NCBI GenBank assembly: GCA_964016885.1
Contig: OZ024746.1
Coordinates: 88,846,001-88,910,000 of the forward strand
Direction of reading: 5' to 3'
DNA length: 64,000 bases
From: Eledone cirrhosa
Taxonomy: Eukaryota
Made by a program: the position numbers and the translations under genes. Below are positions 38,399 through 53,779 of this stretch, piece after piece (within the stretch, counting starts at the first letter, position 1; every line of letters starts with the position of its first letter). The notes under the pieces were generated by a model. It was not told the DNA's origin, ran no database searches, and was given only the letters and a program-made list of their open reading frames with translations.

Positions 38399-40645
38399 AT
38401 ATATACCATACATTGACGTGCCTTTAGGTGTAGGCTGTCAAAAAGGTGAGAAATCCTTATTCGTCATGAAACAATTCGAGAATTGCTGGTGTATGTAAGT
38501 ATAATACAGAAGTGTTCTTAAGCTGACCGTATAATTCGATTTGAGGTGTTTCAACTTCTTGTATCGGCAGCAATGAGTATATGTATTTGGCTGTGAGAGC
38601 TGTGACAATCAAGTTGTGTTGACTGTTAAAGCTGTGTCTTACAAAATTGGTTTGTAATCAGATCTGTCATATCAGGCTAATGGAGATTAGCTAAGTGTGT
38701 TGATGTAGCAACACACTAGATATTTATTAGTTGCGAATTAAAATAATGTATTTCACACCTTTTCCCAGGAAAGAAGTACAGCAGTAGTCGCATGCGGTAT
38801 TACTGAGCATAGGATGATGGTGGTTGACATACATGCACTGACGTAATGAACATTGAACGTCGAAAGGGAAAACGAACACGTAATTGTAAATTATTTAGTT
38901 AAACTATCTACAAAAGGACTGTGCCATATGTACGAACTAATTTACCAAATACAATTTGCAGGAAAACGTTCATGCAAATGTCTAACTTTAATTATGATGT
39001 TAAAAATACTTATCTATTCTAGCCTTGTTTGTTTTTATATCTTTCTTATAGTTATCCATATATGTTGCCTGTTAATATATGTGCACACATGGTTGAGTTG
39101 ATTTCCAGTTGAAGGATAAACAAACGCGATGACATAAACATTGTTTAAATTTCATGCATTCCATTTCAATATCAATATTCCTTCAGTATTTTTTCAAATA
39201 GTTACTACAAAGCATTTTAGAAAGTTGGTATTGTTCAACATAAGCAGTATATTATTTTTAACATATATTATATGGTAATCTCTTGAAAGGCTAAATGTAC
39301 ATAAACTTACTAACAATATATCAGCAAACCTGAAAGCAATCAGACATTTATAACATTTCTTCTGCAACAAACGATAGAAACATATGAATGAACATTTATT
39401 TACTAGCCGCACGATTTATTTTTTATCTCACCTCCTCTATTCGGTAAATTATAAATATGTGACTAATTCCAAGCCACCCGTTCATTTAAATCATAAAATA
39501 GTCGCCGTTCATCCCAGCTTTTTCAGACGAAACTAACGACATTTAGCTAAGTCTGTTTCTTTTCTCTCAATCTTTACATATTGTTGTTTAATAAACTTCT
39601 CCCCATCTACTTTGCTGCCTTTCCTTTTCCTCCAATATATGCATTATTATGACAAACACTGAAGACACGAATGTCTATTATTGAGCGTAGTTTACTATGT
39701 GTTATATTTGGATCCGGTTGTCGATTATCAATACTCAAATGACATACTAGTTCAATAGTGATTATGTTAAATATTGTCCTTATACGCTTGCTAGTATTTA
39801 AGTTCTTTAAAAGAAACTGATTAAATTTCTCCATATTCGTTACTCGGAAGACACTACAAATAATTACATGGCATCGTGTTTTCGGTCGACCTCAATCCCA
39901 TAAAAGATAAAGATATATAATATAACAAATGTGTTTAGTGTGCAATGTGTATGTGCTATCGAAAAACATTTAAATGTTTCAGAATATATCTTATAACCGA
40001 TATTACGGTTATATAGTAATATCTATACAGGCTTCATGTTTTTAAAAACCTCACATGAGATATGTGATTCGATAATTCTATGCGTCATCGAAAATAGAGT
40101 TTTCGATTTCATCACCTTATCGCTTTCTAGGCTTCTATCAATGAATCAATGAATGTCTATGAAGGCAGCATAATGTCATCAAATACAAAACTAAATATAG
40201 AATTTCATTTCCAAATTCCATTGTTGAGAATTTCTATCCAAACTATACATGTACAAAAGATCTATAGGTTTCAACAGCCCAACTGGAGAGATTTAACTTT
40301 GGAGAGGGTTCATTGACATCCACATTATATTTATGATAAATGTTATCGGTATTGAGATTGATATATATCTACTAGACGTAAACTGTTATCGTAAAACATC
40401 ATTGAATGTGATATGAATGTAGTGATGTTAATCATAATACATAATAATGTATTGATATCTGGAAAGCCATAGAGGGGAATTCAATGCAGGGAAAATATCC
40501 GCAATGTCATTTCTAACTGTGCAAGTGAATACCTTCACATATACGGAAATATCCTTTATACCCCTACATCTCTTTTTAGTTGTTCGTCTTCTTTATATAA
40601 ACTGCAATCTACAGAGGGGCACAGTTTCCTTTCCTAGTGTCACTG

Positions 40646-40696
<51 letters not shown>

Positions 40697-40726
40697 AGAT
40701 CAAAAGATGGTTAAAATAGTTCCAAG

Positions 40727-40796
40727 TATTTTATTATGCGCATTTCAAAACAAATAGCATGATGGGATGATATCTGCGTTCTCATCAGATACAATA
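40727..40796 (-). ncRNA. Type I hammerhead ribozyme, intact core
   Basis: uauuguau CUGAUGA gaacgcagaua..uauuuguuuu GAAA ugcgca UA auaaaaua. Palindromic stem III (UGCGCA). Confidence 0.75.
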
Positions 40797-41546
40797 GGGA
40801 GACATGATATGAAGCTTAAAAACACTTGTGAGCAGTGAATCTTTAAATCGACATATTAACAAATAAAGTAAGATGGATATATGAGATTGGGTAAAATGAG
40901 GGGGTTGGAAAAGGTAAGGAAGAGGAAGAAAGAAAATAAAGGATGATGGGGGAGGAGTATAAGAAGGAAGGATGAGAGAGAGGAGGAGAAATGAGTGATA
41001 GAGAGAGAGAAATAGGCTTTACAATTAAGAAAACATTGTCTCACAGAGAGAAATTAAAAAACCGTTGGAAGAATATATATAATAGAAAAGAATATATATA
41101 ATAGAAAACGAAAAATCAGTGATACAATTGTGTGTTACAATTGTTTCGCCGGCGGACAGCTCGAGATGCGGTCATTATGTGGATCTGTCTGATTCTGGAC
41201 CCGCCGGTTCGACGGACTCGTCTAATGATTTCGGACCATATTCTCTCACTGGGGCATCTGACCCTATCGGCGAGTACCGTCAAAAACTTCATCCTCTTCG
41301 CTCGTCCTGTAATTGGTTGCTGGTTGTCTACGTCATTATAATTGTGACAAGAGGTACCACTCCGCTGATCATCAGGGCATTAGCTGTCCCATGCCTGCTA
41401 CAGCTCAATGAATTACTGCTGTGTTTAGTAGTTCACAAATCCACGTGCATTCCCGGAAAATAGACAACCTCAACGGTTGAAATTCGCTGGAGGTTGAGGT
41501 TTTCTTTATTCCGGGTATGTCAATATTTATTTATAAAACAAATCTG

Positions 41547-41608
41547 TTTTATCTGATGAAAGTGCACTATAATTTACCATGGTTGCCCTTGAAATATATA
41601 TAATAAAA
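41547..41608 (+). ncRNA. Type I hammerhead ribozyme, intact core
   Basis: uuuuau CUGAUGA aagugcac..guugcccuu GAAA uauaua UA auaaaa. Distal stem I extension UUUAUAAAAC/GUUUUAUAAA. Confidence 0.8.
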
Positions 41609-41648
41609 TAATTATGGTTTTATAAATATAGTTTCCATTTATTAATAT

Positions 41649-41693
<45 letters not shown>

Positions 41694-42309
41694 TGCTAAT
41701 ATCTAGAATGTCATATTTTATTTTAGCTATTTTATCTAGATAGCCGTATATTTAATTAACAAGGGAACATACTTACACACACCTGTTTAATTTAATTGTA
41801 AAACTATTATAAATATTAAGATGATTTTGCTAATTGTTTGTCTTTATGAATTGTTTTACCGAAAAGAAATGCTATAAACAAGAAAATTCATTATACATAT
41901 AAAGAGAAGACACGACGTTAATTAAACAATGTAATTTTCTTAACATTAATACTTTGTTTATGAAACATATGTTAACACGCTTTGATCACTTGCCCTTCAC
42001 ACTGAAAATTGTGCTAAATATATTCAGTCTTTTACATAATATCGGTAAGTCATTTGCAGAACATAGTTACCAAACAAAATTGGTTTGCGAAAGCTGTTTC
42101 ACCTTTGATGTTTTCTAAAGATAATTACCAAAGTGACTGTTGGAGGGGAAAAAAATAAAGAGTTTATAATCAGATAAACTTGGTAAAATATTCTACTTAT
42201 TTGAGACAAATCGATTGGGAGAAGTTACAAAAAATTATGTATATTATTGATATGTAAATAAAACAATTTTATATATATGTATAACTATTAAATATATATA
42301 TATATATAC

Positions 42310-42354
<45 letters not shown>

Positions 42355-43026
42355 GTGTGTGTGGGCGGGTGTATATGGGTGTGCGGGGGGTATGTGTATG
42401 TGTGTGTGTGTGTGTAACCATTACATACATACATATATGTATATATACACATATATACACACATATGTGAATGTACGAGTTAATTGTGTCATTTAGTTGT
42501 AAATGTCTGTTTTTGTAACTATAGTTTCTAATCGCGTTTATTATCGAGTAATGATAAAATGCTTTAGTGTGCTTTGAAGGAGAAATTTTGATAATTTAAT
42601 TTGTTGTCCTTTGAAAACGAACATTTCATATTGGCTTTTACTCATTTGATGTTGGTAAAATAAACATAAAATGTCGTATATCATGAGGAAAGAAACATGA
42701 TATATTTCTTTTAAATATATAAACGCTTAAAAACAATTATCGATATACTGGCATACATATATTTCTGGAGTCAAACGTATTTATGTACTTATTTACAAAC
42801 ATATGACAGGATGTATATGCGGTATGACTATATATTATAATATATAGAAAAGCATTTAATTTTGCTATTGAATAAAGAAACGTAAGTTTATAAATATATA
42901 TATATACATATATATATATATTTATAGATACACATATATACATATACATATATATATATTTTAAATAAACATCCCAGGAAATAATTTGTAAAAGTGTGTA
43001 AGCACATATATATATATACATACATT

Positions 43027-43096
<70 letters not shown>

Positions 43097-43104
43097 TATA
43101 CACA

Positions 43105-43190
<86 letters not shown>

Positions 43191-43336
43191 TGTTTGTGCG
43201 TGTGTGTATACGGGTGAGAAAGAAAGACAGACACACAGAGAGAGAGGATAATATAAACATCTCTAAAAGGATTTTGGCACTTATATTTTTCGTTATCTTT
43301 AATGGAACATAGTTACTTTTTGTAGGTTTATCTTAC

Positions 43337-43492
43337 CTGAATAGGACATTTTCACATAAATGTTACGTTTGTTGTCGACACATTCAATCATTGACACTCT
43401 CCTTTGCCTCACCTTATCGCGTTTTATTAGTGTTCCTCTAAATGTTCCATTGATGTAGACTGCTTTAGAAAATTGTAAGTATACTACGACAA
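43337..43492 (-). other. Candidate 156-nt phase 1-1 exon
   Basis: cttgtgcatgcag acceptor (alternatives at 43461/43464), CAG|gtaaga donor, open frame VVVVYLQFSKAVYINGTFRGTLIKRDKVRQRRVSMIECVDNKRNIYVKMSYS. Confidence 0.4.
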
Positions 43493-46400
43493 CTGCATGC
43501 ACAAGCGTGAAATCATGTAGATATATAGTTTCTCATATTGTATGCAACTCTACCATCATGCACATACTAATACCCCCTGCTAACACACGCACACACACAC
43601 ACACACGTGTGTATGTTTGTGTGAGTGTGTGCGCTCATATGTGTAGTATTCATATTAGCGTGTAGATATATCTCTACCATATCAGAGTAGATATATCTCT
43701 ACCATATCGGAGCTCGAGCTTAATCAATATCCCCAGCTATTGAAATTTCAATACCTAGGCAACCATGGTCCTTACTATCTTATATATACTTATATATATA
43801 TACTCTGATGAACCTATACTAACTGGTCTTTACAATGCCTAAATATATATATATATACAGAAATGTATACATATATATATATATATATATAAACGTTTGT
43901 ATATGTATAATAAAGCCAAATCAATGCAGGTATGGACATAGAATAAAGAATGCAAATGCAAACGATATTTTTGAAAATTAGTTTTTCACCTTAGATTTAT
44001 TTAAATGTCCTTATTTTCAGTATCCCTGGTATATTAATAGAAATTCTTTGTTAATGAAGAAACTTCTTTTCAGATGTCTTGGTGACTGGACGAATGCTGG
44101 AAAACCTTCCCTTTTAGCGGGAAAATTCAAATACCATCATAGCATACTACCTCAATTCACATATAAATCTATGTATACACTACTACTGGCATCCTAATTC
44201 CGTGCCTTATATTTCCCCTTTTTGTCAAATCATTTGAATTGCTTGCGTCCGTTGCGTTTCTGGTAATTAGCAGCCTGTATGCCAAATAGTATTCTTTTTT
44301 GGGGGTCCGTCTCTCTTACTCTTGTTTCCTTTCCCATGTACTCTCCCTTTCTTCCACAACATTTATCTCACTCCCACTTACTTTAAAGAGATTGATGACA
44401 AAGAAGACAGCACGAAGAAATAATGATATGACAAAATCCATATATTTGTGTTAATGTGCCCTTTTCCTCATTTCAATGCACAGCTACCAAATTCAATTTT
44501 AAATTCTCAATGCGTAGGAATGGCTAACATTTCTTATATAGCTCAATAAATGTAGATAGTACAAAATGAAATGTGACATAACAACAAGCAAATATTTCAT
44601 GTATATTTTTATGTAAATTTACTCCATGTGTCATTTAACGGTTGTATCAAGATTAATTATGATCCTTAAGGTTATTTAGAAATAGTCTAACTCGGAACAG
44701 TTGCCCCAGATTATCTCATTGTAAATCATGAAAAGATTGACAAATAACGAGTATACTATAACAATACTCATCTTCCAATGATTCGAGCGTACTACTAATG
44801 TTACCTATGGGATTGTTGGTGAATAATTTGTAATGGACTAATTACATGTGATGAAGTAAAAAAGAACTGCCAACTTGCAACAAAGTTTATAATTCGTTGC
44901 TAGTAACGCAATAATGAAAGGGAAAAACATCGTTAATATATTGCAGCTTTGGAGTGGGCTTCCTAACGTTTAATTCCATTAATACGAAAGGCAACACATA
45001 TGTTTTCAACGATGAGGCCTTCTCTAACATATTATTAGAAAAAACAAAGGAATTTACTTCATAGTGTATGGTCAGCATTTTTCTAAATCATATTATGCAC
45101 TCGCTTACAGAAAATATACATATAAATATTTCATCCTTTCTTGAACGCTTTTAATATGCATCTCGATATTATGGCACATATACGTAATTGCTTAAGTTAT
45201 CTCCATGCAAATAATAGGCTTGGGAATCATTGTATTCAATAAATATTTTGAAATATTGGAATCCCTGTTTATTTGAAATAGTTGAAGTAGTTGAATCACC
45301 GTCAAATATAGATTTGGTTACAAGAAGCGTCATTTACTTTAATAACTGAAGGATTTGACAAGGTTATTGAGGTTTTGAAAAACCATACCAGAACGTAATT
45401 ACTCGATATTTTGGAAAATATTTATCAAACTTGTCCAAACACATGCAGTTTTGAATCTACAATTTATTTTCATAATTTGACGTATATGAATATACAAACC
45501 GTAGACAAATATAAACATATGATCTTTGACAATTTCATTTATTTATGAAATTCAACGATAGAGTACAAAGACAAAATTCTGACGATTCAATAAAATAATA
45601 TTAATGTATTGCTGTTGTTCACATTACACAAATTATGTTAAATTAATTCCATTTCAGTAAAATGTTTCTATCTAACTTAACATACTTGCATACACATATA
45701 TTAAATACTGCGGTATTAGATGTTTTCGTTCTTCCGTTTCATATATCATTTTTTACGTACATTAACGATAACTGAATTATTCTTATGTAATTTTTCCCTG
45801 ATATAAATTTCGATTTTCTAATCAGTGAAAATAATATTCATTCATATTTATAATGGCAAGCTCATATAATGTGTTGTATGTAAACGTATCATCGGTGGAA
45901 ATGTCTAATTATAAAACATCATGGTTTAATGTATCTCCATACTTATCTGAAGCTAGTTTTAATCTATACTGTATATCTTATTTAATTTGTTATCAATATG
46001 GATTTTGAAATTCTCTCAATACTGTAATAGACGAATGTGCATTAACGTTGATCATATGTCTAGTTTCAATCAGCATAATTATAATTCATGAAATTCTGTT
46101 TGGTTTACAGAAATTATATATGTTAGCTTATTCTAAGCATGCTGTATTTACCTACTTGATATATTACATATTGTATACCCTGATTAGATCTATTGGGATC
46201 TAAAATTGAAATATAAGCTTTAAATGAAACTAATATCCGTGTGGAGGATTACGTGCTATTAAAATATATTGTGGTAATTTTTATGTTCCGATTTTTTAAA
46301 TGCTTACACGAAATTTTCTTGAACATATTTCACATTCACAGTATTTCTCCCCATTTATAATTTAACATCATATGTCGTTTCTCATTTGATTTTCTCGCTT

Positions 46401-46633
46401 GTGAAGGATAGTCATAAACACGACGTATGGCCATTGCACGTACATTTCCTGTATCTGAAAATATTTACATGCGCTGAGTATTACAAAATTGCTTTTTGTG
46501 ACTTCAGATGCAAATGTACTCGTTATAATTATTGAGAATTACATTCACGTTCAGACTATCGTATGTTTTTTTTTATTGAAATAGTCATATAGTACTATGA
46601 TTGAAACTTATAGATACAGATTTGCTATCTAAC

Positions 46634-46746
46634 CTGATTTTCTGCCCATATGGATAAATTTTGCAACACATACTTAAGCGATATACTGAATAGTACATAG
46701 GCCAGTAATATTGATACTGGCACGAAAGATAAAAGATCTTTAAAAC
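46634..46746 (-). other. Candidate exon (possible ATG at 46649: MGRKS)
   Basis: atttcccttcag acceptor and CAG|gttaga donor; phase-compatible with 43337-43492. Confidence 0.35.
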
Positions 46747-47044
46747 CTGAAGGGAAATATATTGAAATTATGTTTATATACGACATAAGATATAATGACC
46801 AAATATTATTTATGATATTTAATATACATTGAAACAAATATTTTCTTGGTTGATAAGAGTTATATGTGCATTCATAAAATGTGCATCAGTTTTGTTTAGA
46901 CAATATACATACATGCATTCATACATATATACATATATGAATGTAAATATATGTGTATAAGTACTGATGGATAAAAGAATACTGCTGCACAATTTATGAT
47001 TGGCGATGTGGCGACTGCACTCCCTTAGGTTTTCACGCACTTAC

Positions 47045-47057
47045 CTCAAAGCCATTT
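47045..47057 (-). other. Candidate 13-nt micro-exon
   Basis: atttcatatag|AAATGGCTTTGAG|gtaagt. Confidence 0.25.
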
Positions 47058-47299
47058 CTATATGAAATGTATATATATAAATATGTGTGTGTGTTTGTGT
47101 GCGTATGTGTGCGTGTGTGCGTGTGTGTATGTGTGTGCGCAGGTGTGTGTGTGAGTGGATGTGTGTGCGTGTGTGTGTGTATGTGTGTGTGTATGTAGTA
47201 GTAGTAGTATAGTTAATATGATTTTATTGACAGATACGTCATTAATGGCAGGTAGCAAAAAGCCGATACAGAGGGGCAGAAATATATAAATTGCAAAGG

Positions 47300-48240
47300 A
47301 TTAAAAACTGAACACCTTCTTCCAGTGTGACGATTCCATCTACAAAAATATTTCAGGACATGCAGTGGTATCAAGCCTAAAAGGCCTGCCGGTTATCACG
47401 TACATGGACCAACTCATGGTCTTCCTCCATCCTCCACATACGTGCCTGATATCATTATGCTCTCTTGATTCCGTGAAGAAGACGTCAACATCTTCGAGAA
47501 CATTGACGTACTCGTGAATTTTAAAGTTGGACAATCAGACAGCACTGGATTTCCCTCTCTCTGTTCGATGTTGCAGTAAGAGTCACCGAGGATATTTTCA
47601 TAGACACCAAATATTACGACGAGGATGACTGCAGAAAAATTGTTGTCCACCTTGATTCCGTCCTTCACTGAATGAGATCTCCGGATATGATGAGAGTAGC
47701 GACAAATACATAAACACCGTGGAATTTAAGAGAACGGCTAGCAATCTTTTATCCACAAAAACCGAAATGCCAAGGCAACAAAACTTGAAAGAATAAGATA
47801 ATGGATAATGGCCCTTAGATGTAACATACGCTTCGTAAAACTGCGGCATTTCAATGAGAAGACGACTGCTAACATTCGCCGATAAGGCGTGAATAGATAG
47901 TGAACATACTTGTGAGCTTCCTTGAGGAGTCTACTTTACAGACACCTACCTGCATACAACGATATGAACACCCTTCCTAAGTGTCCTATCGACAGCACAG
48001 AAGTGTGCATGAGAGCCTATGTAATCTACAAGATGATATGAAGCATTCCATATGCTGCACACACGGATCAATATTACATGATGATGAGAGATGTTTACAG
48101 ATGACGCAGCCGGGACACTAAGATCACAAAAGTCGAAGGAAAGGAGTGTGGAAATTTAAGAATCAAAGAAAAGAATATCTTCAACTAGATAAAGCCACGG
48201 GTAAATAATAAAATGGAAATGCATGAAGCAGACTGACTAC
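47300..48240 (+). mobile_element. Heavily degraded Ty3/Gypsy-like pol remnant
   Basis: GC-richer block with IFQ..SLKGLPVITYMD, YVPDIIMLS..REED and a PLDVTYAS (RNase H DAS-like) piece. Many stops. Confidence 0.45.
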
Positions 48241-48476
48241 TAAAACTAATGCGCACTTCAGAAACGAAACTCAATGAGGGAAGTAAACATCGATCATTCG
48301 TTTTTGTTTTAAACATATTCCGTTTCACATTTGAAAAGAGGGTTTTAGCCCTGAAATATTATGTTGAAATATGTTAGTTAAAACATTTCATTGGTATTTT
48401 CTTTTTGTTGTGTCATCATTTGCCCTTTACATATTTCTACAGCATTGTAATGTTATTTCGAAACTAATCGGTAATT

Positions 48477-48530
<54 letters not shown>

Positions 48531-48535
48531 CCACA

Positions 48536-48585
<50 letters not shown>

Positions 48586-48985
48586 GATAGGACCTTATAG
48601 ATAGATATATACGTAGAGGGAGGGAGAGATACACATTGTGTGCGTGTGGGTGTGTCGGTTTAGGTGTATGTGTGCTTGCAAATGGGATTATATATATTAT
48701 AACAAACAGGGATTGTAATAAGGAAATATTGCGTTTAATCCTAGTGGTTAATAATGTATTTCTGCTAACGCTTAAGTTTTTTTACTACAGTGCTTCACTG
48801 AAGAGTTTATGGATTCGTATTATAATATAATATTCCATTAATATAAAACATTCTATGCAAATTATATGCAAACTTTCGAGGGGCTGAGGTAATATGAAGT
48901 CCATGAGATCCAAACGGAGAAAGTAAGTGTATACATAAATTAATGTTACAAATAATAAGTTTACAAAATCGGGTGAACTAAACTA

Positions 48986-49205
48986 CACGGTTGGGCAGAG
49001 TTCATGATTTGCTTGTTAGTTATATTTCTTAACATGTTTATTTTATTGTTATTGTATTGTTTTAATTTATTATTTTATTTCTTAATATGCTTAGTAAGTC
49101 TCCTAATATATATTTTTTATTATACTCCATAACTTGTTTCATAGCATTTTGTGTTAATAGATGTATAAATAATCAAGTGAGTCAGGAACTCTGGCCCACT
49201 CTCTC
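48986..49205. mobile_element. Small MITE with Tc1/mariner-like terminal inverted repeats
   Basis: TA-CACGGTTGGGCAGAGTTCATGATTTGCTTG ... CAAGTGAGTCAGGAACTCTGGCCCACTCTCTC-TA, imperfect ~30-bp TIRs. Confidence 0.55.
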
Positions 49206-50224
49206 TATATATATACTGTATATGAAAAAACAGCGGCGATCGTTTTGGTCAACACGTATTTCTTCTGAATCCTATCACACGTGATTTTAAAATTTCCCCA
49301 ACCTATATTAAAACGGTTGGATATGAGCCATAGATCTCAGTCATACATGAAAATACAAATACACCTTGGCATGGAGCCGATCAGTTTGATTTAATATTTC
49401 AATAATAGAACACGTAACAATTTAAGTAGGTTCCCTAATCCTATGAGATATTAAAAGGCTTTACGCTGATGAATAGATTCTAGTGTTTCAAATATGTTAA
49501 TACTCCATCTTTAGAACCAAATTATTTTATGCCTTTTATATATTTAATATTGTATAAGCAATATTTCGAATCACTTCAGTAACGCCTGGTGCAGCATTTC
49601 ATCCATATATAATAATTGCTTGCAAATATTTTCATGTTAAGTAATAGACGACGCAGTTTCCACAATCGTTTTAAATATAAAGATCCCTACGAAACATTAA
49701 ACTACGAATTTATTGACTTTTTTCTTTCTTCCTTTTTCAACGTGCTGATTTTACAACAGCTTACGTAGGAGACCAATGTTGATTATTTTATACGATACAC
49801 GCATATTACATAAACACAAATTGATAAGTTAAAATCAAACCAATTGCCAAGAACTTCTACACAAAGACTGTTGCGAATACCATATATCCCAAATAAGTCA
49901 CAGTGAGAAATTGAGTCTCATTAATATGGTTTTAGACTATTGGTTTCAAGATGGATGAATGTGTCGCATTATTTATGTAATTCGTATAGAAATAGATGAT
50001 TGGCATGATAACGGATTCCGTTGTTCAGTGAGAGACTTACGGCAACTGACTGCTATCATAGAATTGAGCTGACCATTGCCTTTTGAATAATATTTGGAGA
50101 AAGGAAATTGTACATAAATCCGTCATACATATGACTCCCCCACTCTCTCTGCCACACACAGTATATATACTTATATATTATGGAATACTGTTGGCTTTTT
50201 GCTACAATGTTTTCTATACCTTTC

Positions 50225-50274
<50 letters not shown>

Positions 50275-50278
50275 GTGC

Positions 50279-50371
<93 letters not shown>

Positions 50372-50416
50372 TATATATATACATACTTATGTAATAAACA
50401 ACATAATACAATTATA

Positions 50417-50491
50417 CCATATTTACCAAACCTTTCACGAACAGAGGCGAGCTCAACAGAGACGTCTAAAGTCGCTCATCAGAAACTTTGG
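50417..50491 (-). ncRNA. Degenerate hammerhead motif in a (TA)n-flanked island
   Basis: CUGAUGA gcga..ucgu GAAA gguuugg UA. Stems I and III are poorly paired. Confidence 0.35.
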
Positions 50492-50617
50492 TAAATGTAC
50501 TAATTATCTTATGTTGTTTATTACATTATTAAATAACTCTGTAGCATACACCGAGCATTCTCCTTTCCTTTACCCTTCCTACTGAAATACTTCATATATA
50601 TATATATATATAAATCC

Positions 50618-50680
<63 letters not shown>

Positions 50681-50894
50681 TACATATATATAAACGAAAT
50701 TTTGTTTAGCTCCTAACGGGGTGGAGACATACACGTATTCGTTAGTGAACAATAATATCATAACATTATAATATCATAACATTATATTATTATTATTCAC
50801 TCCCGCACACACATACACACATGCGCACACACACACATGCACACCCTCACACATACACACACGCGAACACACACACATTCACACACATACGCAC

Positions 50895-50961
<67 letters not shown>

Positions 50962-51126
50962 AAGCTAGATTTAACATCTTTCTATCGGGTCCGGGTGAGT
51001 TTTTTACATTCATCTAATTTATTAATTTATTGCGCCCTCTGCCACACATGTCGGATATTGTTTATCGTGATTTCGTGGGCTGATATTCCGATTCTCGATT
51101 ATTCTACTATATATATATATATATAT

Positions 51127-51190
51127 AGGAAAAGAGTCAGGACCCCGACGGCTGAGCTCCGGCTGTTTCGACAGTCAGAATCATGCCCTA
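51127..51190. repeat. Single arm of the palindrome-family repeat
   Basis: AGGAAAAGAGTCAGGACCCCGACGGCTGAGCTCCGGCTGTTTCGACAG next to (TA)n. Confidence 0.75.
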
Positions 51191-51203
51191 TAAACACCCC
51201 CCC

Positions 51204-51318
<115 letters not shown>

Positions 51319-52864
51319 ACTGATCTGTTGAGAGTTATAGTTTTTGCCACTTGTAAACATAGTTTGGCTTATAAATCTAGTTGTACACGTTTATCAGGAA
51401 TGACTATGAATTCCACAACAACTTCAAATTCTGCTTTTGAAGTCTTGTATATACATATCCTAAAGTTTATCGCATATAATGCTTTTGCCGATGGTTGATC
51501 TCATGTGCACCATGTGTTTTTCTTCCCAGATTGTTATAAATGTTCTCGTATCATGTACACCTCGTAAAAGAAAGCATACAACAAAACAACAACTATTGAT
51601 ATTAAGATAATTAAAATTACGAGCACAAAGTAATGTCATTGGTCTTCTGTTTAGCCAAAAAAAAAAATTGTCATTAACGTGTTAAAAGCTGCATAGTTAC
51701 TAATCAGCAGCGATTTCCTTTGATGTACTGTTGCAATGTTTGGAAACATTGGTAATAATTTGAGTCTCTTTGTTCTTTAATGATGGTTTCAGTTAAACAT
51801 TAATGTTCGTGATTAAATTCCTATATTACTTTCACTAAAATTATAACTGCTAATTAGGTGATAAAAATAATTAGAATAAAATTCATCATTAGTGATCATT
51901 ACTTATAATTAATTTCTCCGTTGAACATTTATTCCATTCCTTTTTTTACAAATTTCAAATTTCAACACTCACTTCTTTAATTATTTTTCTTTTTATCTGT
52001 GGCAACGTTTTTATGTTATCAGATAGAAAAAATAAAAAAATACGAGTAAACACATTGAATAAATGAGATTATTACAAGATTCATTTCCTTGATACAGGAA
52101 TAAGAGAAGGGAATGTGTGTATCTTCGCCGAAATAATTTGCAAAACAAATGAATTGATAAGGCTACAAGTGGAATATGAGTAAATCGTGAAAACATACAG
52201 CTGAGGGCAGTATGGTTCCACTTACTCCGCATATTTAATATAAGGGTATCACATTTACCGCAAAATACAGCAATTCTAGTTTGAATATTCAGAAAGACTG
52301 CAAAGAGAGATGTTTTGCATGATACTGAAGTTAGGTATTATGGTGGTTATCGTCTCTAACTGGACAGGAATAACTACATACTCTGCGAGAAAACCTAAAT
52401 TAACTTGAAAAAATATTAATATCAAGTTTATGTCATCTAAACCACAACGACACTCATTAGTTTGCGTTTTAGTAATGTTAAACGTTAGTTTGTTTATATG
52501 GGATATTATTTTCCAATATAGCCAGCATATTTGTAAATTCTGAGAATACCATAGTAGATAGATAGTGTTGTTCCCATGTAAAAAGTCAGACAAATACATA
52601 AAATATACTGGGAAGATTAATTAATACTGTCCTATGATTTTCTTCCACCAGAGTCCAATGATTTAACCCTGCTTCTGAATATGCATGTTTCGCCATCTAG
52701 CAGGTTCCCTAGTCTAAAATGTTTCTGACGCATGGAGGCCTTTGCCTGGATTTGTTAAGAATATGTAGGGGGCGAGCAAATATTTATTAGTATCCATTAC
52801 GTTGAAGCGCACACATAAAATGTTCGTATATAATGTACGGATCTAGCTGTCGAGACGGCTCTTC

Positions 52865-52943
<79 letters not shown>

Positions 52944-53189
52944 AAGAGAGGGACAGAGAGCGAGAGAGAGATACATATAGATATAGATAGACAGATAGAC
53001 AGATATAAATATATAGTAATAATAATTATAAAGACCGATCTCCGAAGAGGGGTCGATAAGAAGGTCATATGAAATATATATAAAACCCGTATAATAAATA
53101 TTCAAATTAGTGCACATTAAAGTTTAAGCGAAGGAACCTATCTATATATCTCTCTATCTTTCTATATATAATATATATATATATATATG

Positions 53190-53720
53190 GGGGGGGTGTA
53201 CCATCAAAACACTTATTTATTTATAAAGTGGATATTTCAGAATTCAATAGTGGTACCGGTTTCAGCAATATATGCTTTGTCAACTTCGGATATGCATAAT
53301 ATAGTTAAGTTGCAGATGTATACAAATAATAATAAAATTAGAAAGGGGAAGAGAAATTATTAATTTTTACATACATATTTCGAGAGGAGAGTTCATATCT
53401 CTGTCCGTGTTTCTCCTCCCTTCTCTGTTAGTTGGCTAACAGAAGAGTAGTAGTTTTAATTCTTTTGTTTTTTACTGGTAGCAGTTGGAGGAGAGGGAGA
53501 GGGAGAATGGGCAGGAGGGGGAAGAAGAAGGCGGGGGGATAAGAAGAACGGGAGAGGTGCGGTAACAATCTATTGAGCTGTTGTGGTGATAGCCACTTTC
53601 AGAAATGGCTACGAAGGCAAGCCGTGAATAGTTTGAATGGTGGAATGACTTTATAGTTGATTGGTGGTGGTTGTGTGATTGCTTCTAAAAATAGCTATCT
53701 TGCTATTTTATCTTAGAAGA
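53190..53720 (-). mobile_element. Inverted 3' end of a PLE-like element with a decayed HHR (~53250-53288)
   Basis: Minus LFLEAITQPPPINYK (GIY-YIG C-terminal-like) and UUGACAA agca uauau ugcu GAAA ccgg UA. Confidence 0.45.
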
Positions 53721-53779
53721 AATCATCAACATTAAATTTGGTATTTTGCCATAAAAAAGATTCAGAGCTACTGAAATAC

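Noticed and set aside
39311-39329. 19-nt minus-strand micro-exon candidate (ctttcag..gtaagt)
   Set aside because: It introduces a stop when joined to 29850 and such motif pairs are expected by chance. No independent support.
43800-43835. Other CTGANGA hits (11593, ~20035, 30565, 32313, 36766, 43805, 48799, 49466, 53042)
   Set aside because: No correctly placed GAAA plus pairing stems I-III, so not counted as hammerheads.
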